Below, one piece after another: positions 45,601 through 55,350 of a stretch of DNA of 64,000 bases; the first letter of the stretch is position 1; each line of letters starts with the position of its first letter. The notes beneath the pieces are model-generated. The model ran no database searches, was not told the origin of the DNA, and saw nothing but the letters and a program-made list of their open reading frames with translations. This stretch comes from a virus, in the IMG/VR virus record IMGVR_UViG_3300032092_000021, positions 1-64,000 of that record; one strand, written 5' to 3'. The position numbers and the translations under genes are program-made.

Positions 45601-47923
45601 AGAAATTGTAAGAACTATATCTACCACCGCATCTTGTTTTTACTCAGGAATAAAAATTAGATTTAGAAATCAGTACGGACAACTAGATGCCATCAGACAG
45701 ATTCCATTACCTTGTCCTCAGATTGTAAATAATAATTTAGCAATACCCGCAACTGCTATTACATCAACTCAAACAGGAACAAATATTCCATTAGCAGTTA
45801 CACAATTTAATGTTTCTTATGAAACCGGTGTATTGTTTGGAGGAGATACCTATATAGGTAGATACACAGAAAAGAATACTTTCTTTTATTTTTATGACTG
45901 GTTGTATGGTCAGCCAGATGACACTCCTTTTAACTATAGATCTAAATACTTAGGTTTATATCCAAGATACTGGGCAGACTTTAGCAGATACGACATAGAT
46001 GGTATGATACCTTCTATGCTGCAAAGTTTGAGTAATCCTGGTTCATGGGAAACTCCAAATAATCAAGTAAATCTTGAACAAGAAGCACCTACAGGAAGTG
46101 GTTTAACAGGACTTGTAGGATTTGTTGCAGGAGCTGTTAGTTCTGTGTTCAGTGGTCTTTTAAGTTTATTTAATCTGGGTGACAATGAAAATCAAAATGC
46201 TGGAGGCAGTAAATTTAGTTTTAGTATTAGAAGAGGTTTCATGTATCTCTTTAACTCTGGTGTAAGAGATTTTTATGTAGAGTCAGATATTAATGTGGAT
46301 CAAAGAGACTGGGGTGAGCTAGATGAGCAAAAACACTTTGAGATTCTTTCTGACCTTAAAAGATTATTTGACACTCGAATTATTAAGTTCGGTAACTACT
46401 ATAAGATTGATCCATCTGTTTCATTGTCAAAGCTTTACTACAGTGTAGTATCCTGGGGTAACATGCAGGATAGAGATTACAATCCGATTGTAGCTGCGCT
46501 GTGCTATAAGTATTTACCAAACAGAGTCATCTACTCATTGCCCACAGTACTTGAAGGTAAGAAGGATGGTTGGAGATTATACTTACCAAACAACTATAGA
46601 GACTTTAAATCTAAGGTTACTGCTATTAGACCTATAGGTAAGAATGGAGCGCTGATGCTTTTTGATAGGGATAGTCCCGTTCAGATTCAGGGTACCGAAA
46701 CTCTTGAGTCCGATATGGGAACTAAGATTACAGTAGGTGACGGTGCATTGTTTAATAAACCATTACAGGCACTTATAAACACAGACCAGTCTTATGAGTA
46801 CGGATCTTGTCAAGATAAGTTTTCAATTCTAAATACCCCAGCTGGCATCTACTGGGTATCCCAATCCCTAGGAAAAGTATTTACAGTAGGAAGCGGACTA
46901 GAAGAGATATCAGCATCTGGTATGCGTTGGTGGTTTAGTAAGTTTTTACCTTACAGAATACTAGAGGATTTTCCAAATTTTGAAGCTATAGACAATCCTG
47001 TAATTGGTGTAGGTTGTCAAGCTGTTTATGATAATGACTCTTTGATGATATACTTTAGTAAGAAGGACTATGAACTTAAAAAAGATTTACCCGCAGGAAT
47101 TAGTCTTACTTATGTAGGTGGTATAGATTTTCTTTTAAACACAGGGGGTTCTTCCGGAAGACCTAATGCTGCTAAAATTAAATTGGGTGACCCTACCTAC
47201 TTTAATGATGTCTCATGGACAATATCGTATGACCCTAAAGCAAAAGCTTGGGTGTCTTTCCACGATTGGCACCCTACAATGATGATTCCTAGTAACCAGA
47301 ATTTTATAACTATCAATGATAATACTTTCTGGAGACATAATGATCGCACAGATAGTTTCTGTAACTACTACGGTAAAGATTACCCTTTTCAAGTAGAGTA
47401 TGTAGTAGACACAGGACAAGCAGTAAATACTTTAAAAAGTATAGAATATTTACTTGAATCGTATATTTACGATATAGATGGTATAGATAGATTCCAGATC
47501 TTAGACTTTAACTTTGACGAGCTTACTGTATATAACTCTGAGCAGGTATCCGGAAAACTTATTCTCAACATGGCACCTAAGGATAATCCTTTTGCCAGAT
47601 TGAACTATCCTGCTGTAACTGGTGCAGGGATAAATATCATGTACGAGAAAGTAGAACAGAAGTTTAGAGTAAATCAGTTCTGGGATGTTACTGCAGATAG
47701 AGGTGAATATAACGTAAACGTACAGAGACCGATATGGTTAACAGGATGGGATGGATACAGAAGAGAGCTTAATCCAGCTAACCTTAACTATGCTAAGTCT
47801 GTATTTGAAAGAAAGAAGTTTAGACATTACTACAACAACGTTTTGTTTACCAGAAAGGTTTCAGGTAATGCTAAAATGCTAATGAAGATATCTAATAATA
47901 AGAACTTACTCTCACCAAGATAA
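42656..47923 (+). CDS. Tail stabilisation/muzzle protein (P22 gp10-like beta-propeller)
   Basis: 1755 aa; FTKGL..D, YFADG.NP.R.IN, GYMRDEVYSF, GGDTYI.RY and WTISY....W.SFHD motifs. Confidence 0.8.
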   Translation: MAKKQGTTPESGISSNSGSFTKGLVRDFDENFDPESSWPYARNASNNSKEGDVGVLGNEPSNSACGVAPYTVIGRIFLFNAYWAIFSTNDSESEIGVYDESLCQYRTVVNQKCLNFRKLKLITGVAKENFDCQWAVYFADGRNPDRYINLGNPTLWPDTMYMGNNYYQNQVLWPGVQWVKDCKDVNDCTICDLVNQLDCNQIRINKLVKTPCVRLSATEGGGNLANGSYVAFVAYLENGQKYSDYTSPSNVQPIFDHDNLGGAITATISNLENESFTEFELVIAATVNGQTVARRIGIYACDDAPVTVYLDSINDSLTTVPLELLPIRTPLYETADSIFETGSYLLKIGPRTTFDFNYQPLANQIQAKWSIVRYPINYYKDGGTNTGYMRDEVYSFFIRWIYVTGEKSRSYHIPGRIADSKDLTESIGIYPTELEYGFEKENTASVTSTTSSTLSDGGVVIAEGQMGYWESSEKYPDRKPEIWNSSYDPKLSGTSQTTWDLCNKPIRHHKMPEDVINNNANYSRAITLDGSGNVVANPGYTGATHLQVVGVKFSNVKPPVYIDDDGNAQVVPGISGYEILRGSRTGNKSVIAKGIINNMRVYKDIDDTLGLYANYPYNPVKNAPQPFGLPTIDPTLSFKEVNGSGGNYEEVTEAHVKKNFFTFHSPDTSFYKPFLSVKELKIYTELGNSKNVKGTFDPVPGHPKQKLITNVASTAALLLGIAEAVFAMKGDEEWIAEGNRALNLGFYGAFGGALTANVGAWSAPFVGPQAGAAVLAPLQTAELAAQIGTSTAAQASLGGFSSLGGASLVTGNNARLYNLGAQVANVGYTAATGGFMGPGLTKVHKEGTLSGMPTPIAAFAALPTLYTLATAAAAKTLDLIYAFVKARSYVYRYASHGFLHKDNVPPSNRRHYINDSAYLNEGFNMFANFKINNINRFKTTLLNTNTDVPVPAITDNTGVSLSRNVSPSILDTSDGRTKYYSEEIVRTISTTASCFYSGIKIRFRNQYGQLDAIRQIPLPCPQIVNNNLAIPATAITSTQTGTNIPLAVTQFNVSYETGVLFGGDTYIGRYTEKNTFFYFYDWLYGQPDDTPFNYRSKYLGLYPRYWADFSRYDIDGMIPSMLQSLSNPGSWETPNNQVNLEQEAPTGSGLTGLVGFVAGAVSSVFSGLLSLFNLGDNENQNAGGSKFSFSIRRGFMYLFNSGVRDFYVESDINVDQRDWGELDEQKHFEILSDLKRLFDTRIIKFGNYYKIDPSVSLSKLYYSVVSWGNMQDRDYNPIVAALCYKYLPNRVIYSLPTVLEGKKDGWRLYLPNNYRDFKSKVTAIRPIGKNGALMLFDRDSPVQIQGTETLESDMGTKITVGDGALFNKPLQALINTDQSYEYGSCQDKFSILNTPAGIYWVSQSLGKVFTVGSGLEEISASGMRWWFSKFLPYRILEDFPNFEAIDNPVIGVGCQAVYDNDSLMIYFSKKDYELKKDLPAGISLTYVGGIDFLLNTGGSSGRPNAAKIKLGDPTYFNDVSWTISYDPKAKAWVSFHDWHPTMMIPSNQNFITINDNTFWRHNDRTDSFCNYYGKDYPFQVEYVVDTGQAVNTLKSIEYLLESYIYDIDGIDRFQILDFNFDELTVYNSEQVSGKLILNMAPKDNPFARLNYPAVTGAGINIMYEKVEQKFRVNQFWDVTADRGEYNVNVQRPIWLTGWDGYRRELNPANLNYAKSVFERKKFRHYYNNVLFTRKVSGNAKMLMKISNNKNLLSPR

Positions 47924-50900
47924 TGAATTGGCTAGATAAATTTATAGTATCCGAAAGAGGTCAGTGGGATTATCCCGGTTATCCTACAGTAATTCCAACT
48001 AAAAATGGTAGAATAACAATGGAAGGTGTTCCATATCCTGTAATAGGATTTGTTCCTGGACAACCTCCTGTTATGATGCAACCTGGTAAAAATTATAAAT
48101 TTCCAGGTAACATGGTGTATGAAATACCTGTAACGGAAAATAAGGTTTTTAAAACCAAGGAGGATTTTTATAGAGATCTATTACTACAAACAAGAAATAA
48201 ATACTGGCCAAAAAGAGAAAGTAAACCTTTTGATTTAGGTTTTGATAGTGCGTTACCTAGAGTTGGTCCAGGACCAATTAAAATGCCTACTATAAGATCT
48301 AGTTATACCGGCATTGCAATGAAGCAAGGTGGACATATACTTCCAGGTAGACTTAAAAACCCAGAAGGTAACTGGGTGTCAGTATATGCTAACGGAGGAG
48401 ACATATCTATCCCAGATTTGTCTAGACCTAATTGGTTAGATAAGTATCAATCTAAAACTACATCTGGTTCTGTTTCTAAATCTGGTCCAAGAATTGAAAA
48501 CTTACCGATTCAGAAAGTTGATAACAAACTAGAAATAGCATATGATGGAAGCACTGTATACGTGCGTAAGATAGGTGAAGAGAAATTTACCACGCTTAAC
48601 CCGGAGAAGTCTAAAGCTTTTATTCAAAAGTACCAAGGGTTTATACCACCAACTCTAACTCAGGTTGAGGAACAGAAAAAGAAACAAGCTGCTTATAATG
48701 CAAAGATTGCCAAAGAGAAGAAAGAGTTTGATGAACTTCGCAAGGTAGATACTACTCCTAACCCTAGGGAGAAGGAGATGATGATAGAGCTTGCTAGAAA
48801 AGAAAGAGCAGAGCTAGGTGAAAAAGGTTTTCTTGAACAAGCATGGGACGCCTTACCAAATGCATCTTCTATTACAGATCCTATTAAAAGAGCATATCAT
48901 GCTTTACCGGATGTTGGAGATGTATCTAAGGTTGCTAGTGGAATGATGGGTCTACCCGAAGAGCTAGCAAAACAAGGAGTAAGCTATCTTTGGAATAATT
49001 ATAAAGTACCTCAGACCGATATTCCAGTTTTAAGGAGTATTGGTGAGCTTACACCAAAAGAGATATACGAAAGTTTTCAAAACAGATATGTAGAAAAAAA
49101 CTTTGGTGAAGCAGGTTTGATAGGTGAATCAAATCTTGAAGAGTTTAATGTTCTTGATGAGACATCTGGCACATCTAACATGCAAGAACTACCTAAAAGT
49201 AGAGCTAAGTACGGACCTCAAAGTTTACCATTAAGAAAAGACAGTAGAGGTAACTTGCTTCCTGCATATCAACCTATTGGTGGAAATGACTCGTTAGCTA
49301 GATTTAGTTACACATTTAACAATGACATTGCTGGTGCTGATAGTTTACCGCCAACCCACTTTGTTACTCCTAAGATAAAAGAGCTTACAGGAAATCCAGA
49401 TCGCCCTAGACAATGGGACAATGCATTTGCTGTAGGTGATTTCTTGAGAGACGCAGATATAACTGAGAATCAGTTTTATCATCCCGATAAATACTACGTG
49501 GGTACCTCTAACAGTGCATTGCGTAATAGTGATCTAGGTATAAAAAGTAATAAACTTATAAGTGCAAGTAATCAGCTAATTAACGATCCTGAAAAATACT
49601 GGGCAGTATATAAGTGGGATCCAAAAAATTCTGAAGCTGCGTGGGTTAGATACATGAAGACTGATGAGATAAAATCTAAAAAAGATGAACTTGAAAAACA
49701 AGGGTGGAGTCTAGATATGCCTGTTTCTGGTCAACACAGATTTGATGACGTAGATTGGGAGGGTAAAGGTTCAGATACAGGATACAAGGCAGACTCTGAA
49801 TGGGTACCTCTTAAGAAAGGTGCAAAACAAATAAAGAGTCAGAAAGGTGTAAATCATACCTACATTCCTCAAGGTACAAGTAAGGGTCAAGATAAAGGTA
49901 CTTACAATTTATTCTCGGGAGGTTCTATAACATTTATATGGAAAGATCCAGAGACCAATGAAAGATTAGCTTCAACTTTAGCTGGATCTGTATCTGATAT
50001 GAAAGCATATGGTGAAAAGCTTAAGAAAGAATATGGTTTGAAGGAAGGTGATCTTGAGATTGTTTATCATGATACAGGATCATACTCTGCTAAACCTGCT
50101 GCTAAAGATGGTACCCTATACTACGATCAGTGGAAAAACTACAATGCGTACAACAAGGGTTACTCTGGTGCAGCACTGATAGTACCTACACAAGATTGGT
50201 TAGAGAACTGGACTCCTAATAAGAAAGAAGGAGGACAACTAGATAAGTATCAATCTAAAGATACAGGTGCTATAAAAAAAGGATGGCATCAAAAAGTTTA
50301 TAATGATCCTGATGCATTTGCAAAAGCTAATAAAGCTTTTAACGATAGTCTTAATCTTAGCAAAAGAAGTTACGAGCTTCTTAAGGATATAGCTCCTAAC
50401 AGCTCATATAAAAGTAATATTCCCTATGAAGATGTATATTTTACTGCTGATGGACCAGGTGGTTATTTTATAGATAATGTTGACTTTGGTAGGCAGTTTT
50501 TAGGTTTAAATTATTTAACGGATACTAATTTTAGAATACCTGGCACAAAAGAGCAACTTATTTTAGAAGAAGCTTTTTCAAAAAGAATAAAACCAATAGG
50601 TTTTAATACAACTGACTTTCCAGTACCTATTTATAAATGGCCAACCGAAGAGCCCGTGTATGAAGAACTTAAAAACTTACCTTATCTAGATGCGAAACTG
50701 GAGCGTCCTGATTTTAAGTTAGATATAGGTAAACCACCGGTAAAGTCTCAGGGTATTAGAATTAGACCTATGATGACTGCCGATCAAACTACCAGTACTG
50801 GTCAGTATCAATCCGGTAAGTATATGTGGGATCCAGAAACAAAATCCTGGAAAGTCAAAATGCTAAGTCCTGAAACTCAACAAGAAAACAGAAAAGAGGT

Positions 50901-53058
50901 TAGAATAGGGATTAAAAAATATGGAGGTTGGTTAGATAAATACCAAGATGGTAAAGAAGTAAAAACATATGCTAATGATCCTAGCTACTTTGACAATCGT
51001 GCTGTATTTGTAGATAATCCACAAGCTAATGATCTAGTTAGATCTAAGGTGTATGCCGGAACACATGGATGGGATCCTAACACCAATTCATTAGTTAAGC
51101 TTGATAAACCAGTTGCTGTACCTAAAGCTGTGCAAGAGATGTCTACAGCAGATTGGGGTAAGAAAAGGTCTAAGGAAAGATTTGAATCTAACACACCAGC
51201 TGGTAAAGCTACAAGAAAAGCAGTAGTTGCAAGAGATATGCAACAGATGGTACAAAACCCTGCGTTCTACGCTCCCGGTGCTATTGCAGCTGGAGCACTT
51301 GCAGCACCCGCACTTGCGGGAGTTGCGGGAACACTAACAGCACCTTTGACTATAGGATCAACTGTAGTTCCAGGAGCTACTATGGGTAATGCGTTAGCTG
51401 CAGGATTTGCTGCAGATGCACTCGTAAATAGATTGCCACAAATCCCAGGACAATTAAACAGAGGTGAATATAGTGATGCTGCTATTAATGCCGCAACAGG
51501 ATTACTAGATGTGGGGTCTGCTGGTATGCTTAACTCTTTATATAAGACTGCAACAAAAGCTATTAAGTCTACATACGCTCCTTCCGAACTAGATATTATT
51601 AGAGGTCTATTAAAAAAGGGAAACCAACGCCAAATAGAAATAGAGCGTAATGTAAAACCAGTTCAGGCTACAATATCACAAAATCCATATTCAGTAACAT
51701 TACCAACTCTTACAAAAGAAGAAGATCTTATAAGAGATAGTTATAATAGAAACAGATGGTCTAATGATCCCGGATTCTGGAGATGGTATAATAAAAAACA
51801 TCATGGTTTAGATTACGATAGACCTATTAAAAGATTTTTTGATCCATCAGATCCTGGACATTTGTCTGATACTGCTGATGATGCAAATAGAGTATCATTC
51901 TTTGACTCTTCCGAGATGTCAAATATAGACAGTCAAATTAAACAAGGTAATACTTGGTTACAAGATTGGTTTAAAAATCCTGCTACTGCTCAAAGAATAG
52001 CGAATACAGGGTTTGACGAGTCTTCGTTAGTTAGAAAAAACATTAACGATTTTGTAGATAATAAAAATGTTGTAAGATTTGAGCCCTCCTTAAGCTCAAA
52101 AATATGGACAGGAAATGAATTAGGAAGTTACTTTCCTAAGTCTAATAAAGCATATGTAGATGCGGAGCATTTTTCTTTTATGGATGGAACCAAATCAATA
52201 CCATCAACAGTAATACATGAGGGTACGCATTTAACAAGTGCTGGAGAACTTGCTTATAATCAGAAACTAACAGATCTTACAGCTGATATATTTAGGGGTA
52301 GTGATGCAAGTGAGTTTGCTAAAATGTTCCGTACAGAAAATGATATTAAAAAAGTTAATAAACTGACATCTCCTGCAGAAACACATGCTAGGATTATGCA
52401 AATAAGACAACAGTATAATATAAAACCAGAGCAAATAGTTGATGATACAGTTATCAATAAAATTATAGAGGACGGTCTTTCCGGTAAATTGCCCGTAAGC
52501 AAAAAATTCTTTGAGCTAATTCAAAACAAAGATGCTTTCAAAAAAGCAATGAATACTTTACCTGCAATAGGTGCGGGCGTTGCTATAGGTACTGGAGGAT
52601 TACAAGAAAAGAAAACCGGTGGATCAACAAGATGGTTAGATCGATATCAGGATGGTGGGTCTAGAGAGATGCCACTCGGACTACCCTTGAGAGAACAAAA
52701 CGTTTACTTACTTCCTGAGTATAATCAACCAATGGCTAATGGTTATATTCTTCCTGATCCTAACAGACCAGAGTTAATGAATACAGGAGCTACTGAGTAT
52801 AAGTATTCATATGGAATGGACGACAGAGATGTTCAAGTTCCAAGTGTAGTAGCAGGTCAGTATATTGGAGATAGAGCTTTTGATAGATATATGATATCCG
52901 GAGAAGAGTTTAAACCAATGGTTGACCCAAGTTCCTATAGCCAATACTACGATATGCTTAATAGATTAGGGTTAATGAAACAGAAAAAAGGAGGAGAAAT
53001 GTCCCCAAGTATGGGATATTTTAACTATATTGGTGGATATGGGGGTATGTTGCCTTAA
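47923..53058 (+). CDS. Modular ejected (cargo) protein with zincin metallopeptidase domain
   Basis: HEGTH...ETHAR zincin motif; Ala/Gly hydrophobic segment; repeated WLDKYQ linkers. Confidence 0.7.
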   Translation: MNWLDKFIVSERGQWDYPGYPTVIPTKNGRITMEGVPYPVIGFVPGQPPVMMQPGKNYKFPGNMVYEIPVTENKVFKTKEDFYRDLLLQTRNKYWPKRESKPFDLGFDSALPRVGPGPIKMPTIRSSYTGIAMKQGGHILPGRLKNPEGNWVSVYANGGDISIPDLSRPNWLDKYQSKTTSGSVSKSGPRIENLPIQKVDNKLEIAYDGSTVYVRKIGEEKFTTLNPEKSKAFIQKYQGFIPPTLTQVEEQKKKQAAYNAKIAKEKKEFDELRKVDTTPNPREKEMMIELARKERAELGEKGFLEQAWDALPNASSITDPIKRAYHALPDVGDVSKVASGMMGLPEELAKQGVSYLWNNYKVPQTDIPVLRSIGELTPKEIYESFQNRYVEKNFGEAGLIGESNLEEFNVLDETSGTSNMQELPKSRAKYGPQSLPLRKDSRGNLLPAYQPIGGNDSLARFSYTFNNDIAGADSLPPTHFVTPKIKELTGNPDRPRQWDNAFAVGDFLRDADITENQFYHPDKYYVGTSNSALRNSDLGIKSNKLISASNQLINDPEKYWAVYKWDPKNSEAAWVRYMKTDEIKSKKDELEKQGWSLDMPVSGQHRFDDVDWEGKGSDTGYKADSEWVPLKKGAKQIKSQKGVNHTYIPQGTSKGQDKGTYNLFSGGSITFIWKDPETNERLASTLAGSVSDMKAYGEKLKKEYGLKEGDLEIVYHDTGSYSAKPAAKDGTLYYDQWKNYNAYNKGYSGAALIVPTQDWLENWTPNKKEGGQLDKYQSKDTGAIKKGWHQKVYNDPDAFAKANKAFNDSLNLSKRSYELLKDIAPNSSYKSNIPYEDVYFTADGPGGYFIDNVDFGRQFLGLNYLTDTNFRIPGTKEQLILEEAFSKRIKPIGFNTTDFPVPIYKWPTEEPVYEELKNLPYLDAKLERPDFKLDIGKPPVKSQGIRIRPMMTADQTTSTGQYQSGKYMWDPETKSWKVKMLSPETQQENRKEVRIGIKKYGGWLDKYQDGKEVKTYANDPSYFDNRAVFVDNPQANDLVRSKVYAGTHGWDPNTNSLVKLDKPVAVPKAVQEMSTADWGKKRSKERFESNTPAGKATRKAVVARDMQQMVQNPAFYAPGAIAAGALAAPALAGVAGTLTAPLTIGSTVVPGATMGNALAAGFAADALVNRLPQIPGQLNRGEYSDAAINAATGLLDVGSAGMLNSLYKTATKAIKSTYAPSELDIIRGLLKKGNQRQIEIERNVKPVQATISQNPYSVTLPTLTKEEDLIRDSYNRNRWSNDPGFWRWYNKKHHGLDYDRPIKRFFDPSDPGHLSDTADDANRVSFFDSSEMSNIDSQIKQGNTWLQDWFKNPATAQRIANTGFDESSLVRKNINDFVDNKNVVRFEPSLSSKIWTGNELGSYFPKSNKAYVDAEHFSFMDGTKSIPSTVIHEGTHLTSAGELAYNQKLTDLTADIFRGSDASEFAKMFRTENDIKKVNKLTSPAETHARIMQIRQQYNIKPEQIVDDTVINKIIEDGLSGKLPVSKKFFELIQNKDAFKKAMNTLPAIGAGVAIGTGGLQEKKTGGSTRWLDRYQDGGSREMPLGLPLREQNVYLLPEYNQPMANGYILPDPNRPELMNTGATEYKYSYGMDDRDVQVPSVVAGQYIGDRAFDRYMISGEEFKPMVDPSSYSQYYDMLNRLGLMKQKKGGEMSPSMGYFNYIGGYGGMLP

Positions 53059-53062
53059 TGAG

Positions 53063-53070
53063 TATCTTTG
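53063..53070 (+). promoter_or_regulatory. TAnnTTTG box
   Basis: TATCTTTG in a short intergenic gap. Confidence 0.4.
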
Positions 53071-53089
53071 ACTTATAAATAATTCTAGT

Positions 53090-55345
53090 ATGAAAAAAGA
53101 ATTTATGCGAATAGGGGGAGCTAAAACTGAAAAAGAGTTTTACGAAATGTACCCAACAGAAGAAGCTTTCCTTATGAAACATGGTGGCGCTATAAATAAA
53201 CTTATGGCAAAAGGTGGTGAAGCATATCCACAAACAGCTACTATGGATAACTTTTTTAGTTACGGGGTACCAGTCCCACCTACTTACTATCGTCAGGGTG
53301 GTGCATTCCCTATGGCACAACCAGAGAATCAGTTCTTCTCCCCTTTCTATGGAAACGTTCCTAACCCATACAATAAAGCTATGGGTGGAAGCTCTGAAGC
53401 ATATCCCCAGTCAATGTCTTTTCCCTATGGAGACACTGGTAGAAGCACACACTTTATGATGGAAGAGGGTGGGTATATGCCTGAAGAACAAACTCTGCCA
53501 AAGATGGGAGTCAACGGTAAACTCCTAGAGTTTGTTGGTACTATTAAAAACACAGCTACTAATAAACTAAACAGTAATCTTGCTACATACGGTAAAGTAA
53601 AGAACCCTGAGCAGTATGAATTTGAGCAAGCTAAATACGGTGGTAATCTAAAAAAATATCAGGCTGATGCTACTTCCGGAAATACACCACCTCAAGACGC
53701 TGGTGCTGTTTCTGACAAACCTGCAGGAAGCAATGTTTACAATTATTACTACGGATATGATCCTCGTCAGAATCAAGGAGCTGGTCAACTTCCTCCAGAA
53801 TACTATAATGACATAGACTATTTACGTGGAAGAAGAAGACCACTCAGTGACTTTAATATTCGCGGTAGAGGTATGGCGGGTAATTATAGAGCAACTGGTT
53901 GGTTGAAAGATGAGTATGGATTGGATAGACTTAGAGAAATGGGTCTAACTAGAATGGATCAAAGTAATCCAAGATGGTGGCAGTTAATGAAGCGTCCTAC
54001 ACAAACTTACTATTTTGGAAATCAGGGACAAGGACCAATGGGATATGTACCAGGTCAAGTAGATCAACAAGGTATGCCTATTACAAACCAACAAGGACCT
54101 GCTGCAGGGGGTGCAGGTACTACTGGTACTACTGGCGGCACAGGTACTACCGGTACAGGTCAACCAGATTCTACATCAGATTTAGGTTTCTTTGCTAGAC
54201 TGTTTAATAGACAAGGTAATATAACTCCGCAGTCAGCAAATATTACTAGGAAACCTACAGATCTTCAAGCAGGATCTCCTGAAATGATTAGTGACGCTAA
54301 CCCCTATGCTTATAACATTGCAAAGTCTGATACTTGGAACCAGATTCAACAGAATAAGAGAAAGAGAATTTTTGGAAAGCTGGATGAACTAGAAGGTCGT
54401 AAACAGTGGCAAAAAGATACTCTTGGTTTAGCTTATGACAATATGAAAAATAAACCTGTTGATCCTGTAACGGGTAAACCGTTTGATAGAGAGGAATATA
54501 TGGCAGCAGGTGACCAGTTATACGGCAGGAAAAAAAGACAAGAAGATAGATTAAAGAGAAGAGAAACAAGATCAAACGATAGATTTGGCATTTACGATGA
54601 AGGTGGCAGCACACCCCCATGTCCTCCAGGATATACTTGGAAAGGAGGACAGTGTGTAAAACAATCTAGAAAAGAAAGAAGAGAAAACCCTCAGCAATAT
54701 CAATCTCATGTAGGGGAATCTTATAGAACTCCTGTTACTGCTGCTGAATATAAAAGACAAGAAGAAAGTAAAGCTAGAGAACAAGAGCTCATGAGACAGG
54801 AAGCTGAGCAAGAAAAGTATTTAAGAGATCTTCCTACTATGGATTCTTCTGAAGAGTACCTTAAAAATAATCCTAAGGATACACCTTTTGTAAAAAATAA
54901 AGATGTTACAGTAGGGACACCCATAACAGAAGATCCATATAGAGCTTTACCGGGAGCTAATCCAGTGCTTACTTTTCCTTTAACTAGTTATGAGCAGTTT
55001 TATCCTCAGAACATGATTAAAAGAGATGTTTATGCTCCACAGATGGAAGTACCATATGAGTTTCCTAATTACACAGATCGTGAGAGACTTTCGAATCTTT
55101 TAGATGCTGTTGATGCTGGACTTATTCCATCTAATTTTCGTACTACTGATCCAATGGAAATAGAAAGACAAAATAGAATTTCAGATGCTGTTGGTTCTGG
55201 AGTACCTTTTAATCTATCCGGTCCTAGAGAATACAGAAAAGGTGGATCTTCTAGAAATTACAATACGGGAGATGTAGTAGATATGACTCCGGAAGAACTA
55301 AAGAGATTCATTGAAATGGGTGGTCAAGTAGAATTCTTAGACTAA
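53090..55345 (+). CDS. Low-complexity internal virion/cargo protein
   Basis: Multiple xxGG motifs, largely disordered composition, located in the cargo cluster. Confidence 0.65.
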   Translation: MKKEFMRIGGAKTEKEFYEMYPTEEAFLMKHGGAINKLMAKGGEAYPQTATMDNFFSYGVPVPPTYYRQGGAFPMAQPENQFFSPFYGNVPNPYNKAMGGSSEAYPQSMSFPYGDTGRSTHFMMEEGGYMPEEQTLPKMGVNGKLLEFVGTIKNTATNKLNSNLATYGKVKNPEQYEFEQAKYGGNLKKYQADATSGNTPPQDAGAVSDKPAGSNVYNYYYGYDPRQNQGAGQLPPEYYNDIDYLRGRRRPLSDFNIRGRGMAGNYRATGWLKDEYGLDRLREMGLTRMDQSNPRWWQLMKRPTQTYYFGNQGQGPMGYVPGQVDQQGMPITNQQGPAAGGAGTTGTTGGTGTTGTGQPDSTSDLGFFARLFNRQGNITPQSANITRKPTDLQAGSPEMISDANPYAYNIAKSDTWNQIQQNKRKRIFGKLDELEGRKQWQKDTLGLAYDNMKNKPVDPVTGKPFDREEYMAAGDQLYGRKKRQEDRLKRRETRSNDRFGIYDEGGSTPPCPPGYTWKGGQCVKQSRKERRENPQQYQSHVGESYRTPVTAAEYKRQEESKAREQELMRQEAEQEKYLRDLPTMDSSEEYLKNNPKDTPFVKNKDVTVGTPITEDPYRALPGANPVLTFPLTSYEQFYPQNMIKRDVYAPQMEVPYEFPNYTDRERLSNLLDAVDAGLIPSNFRTTDPMEIERQNRISDAVGSGVPFNLSGPREYRKGGSSRNYNTGDVVDMTPEELKRFIEMGGQVEFLD

Positions 55346-55350
55346 TTACA

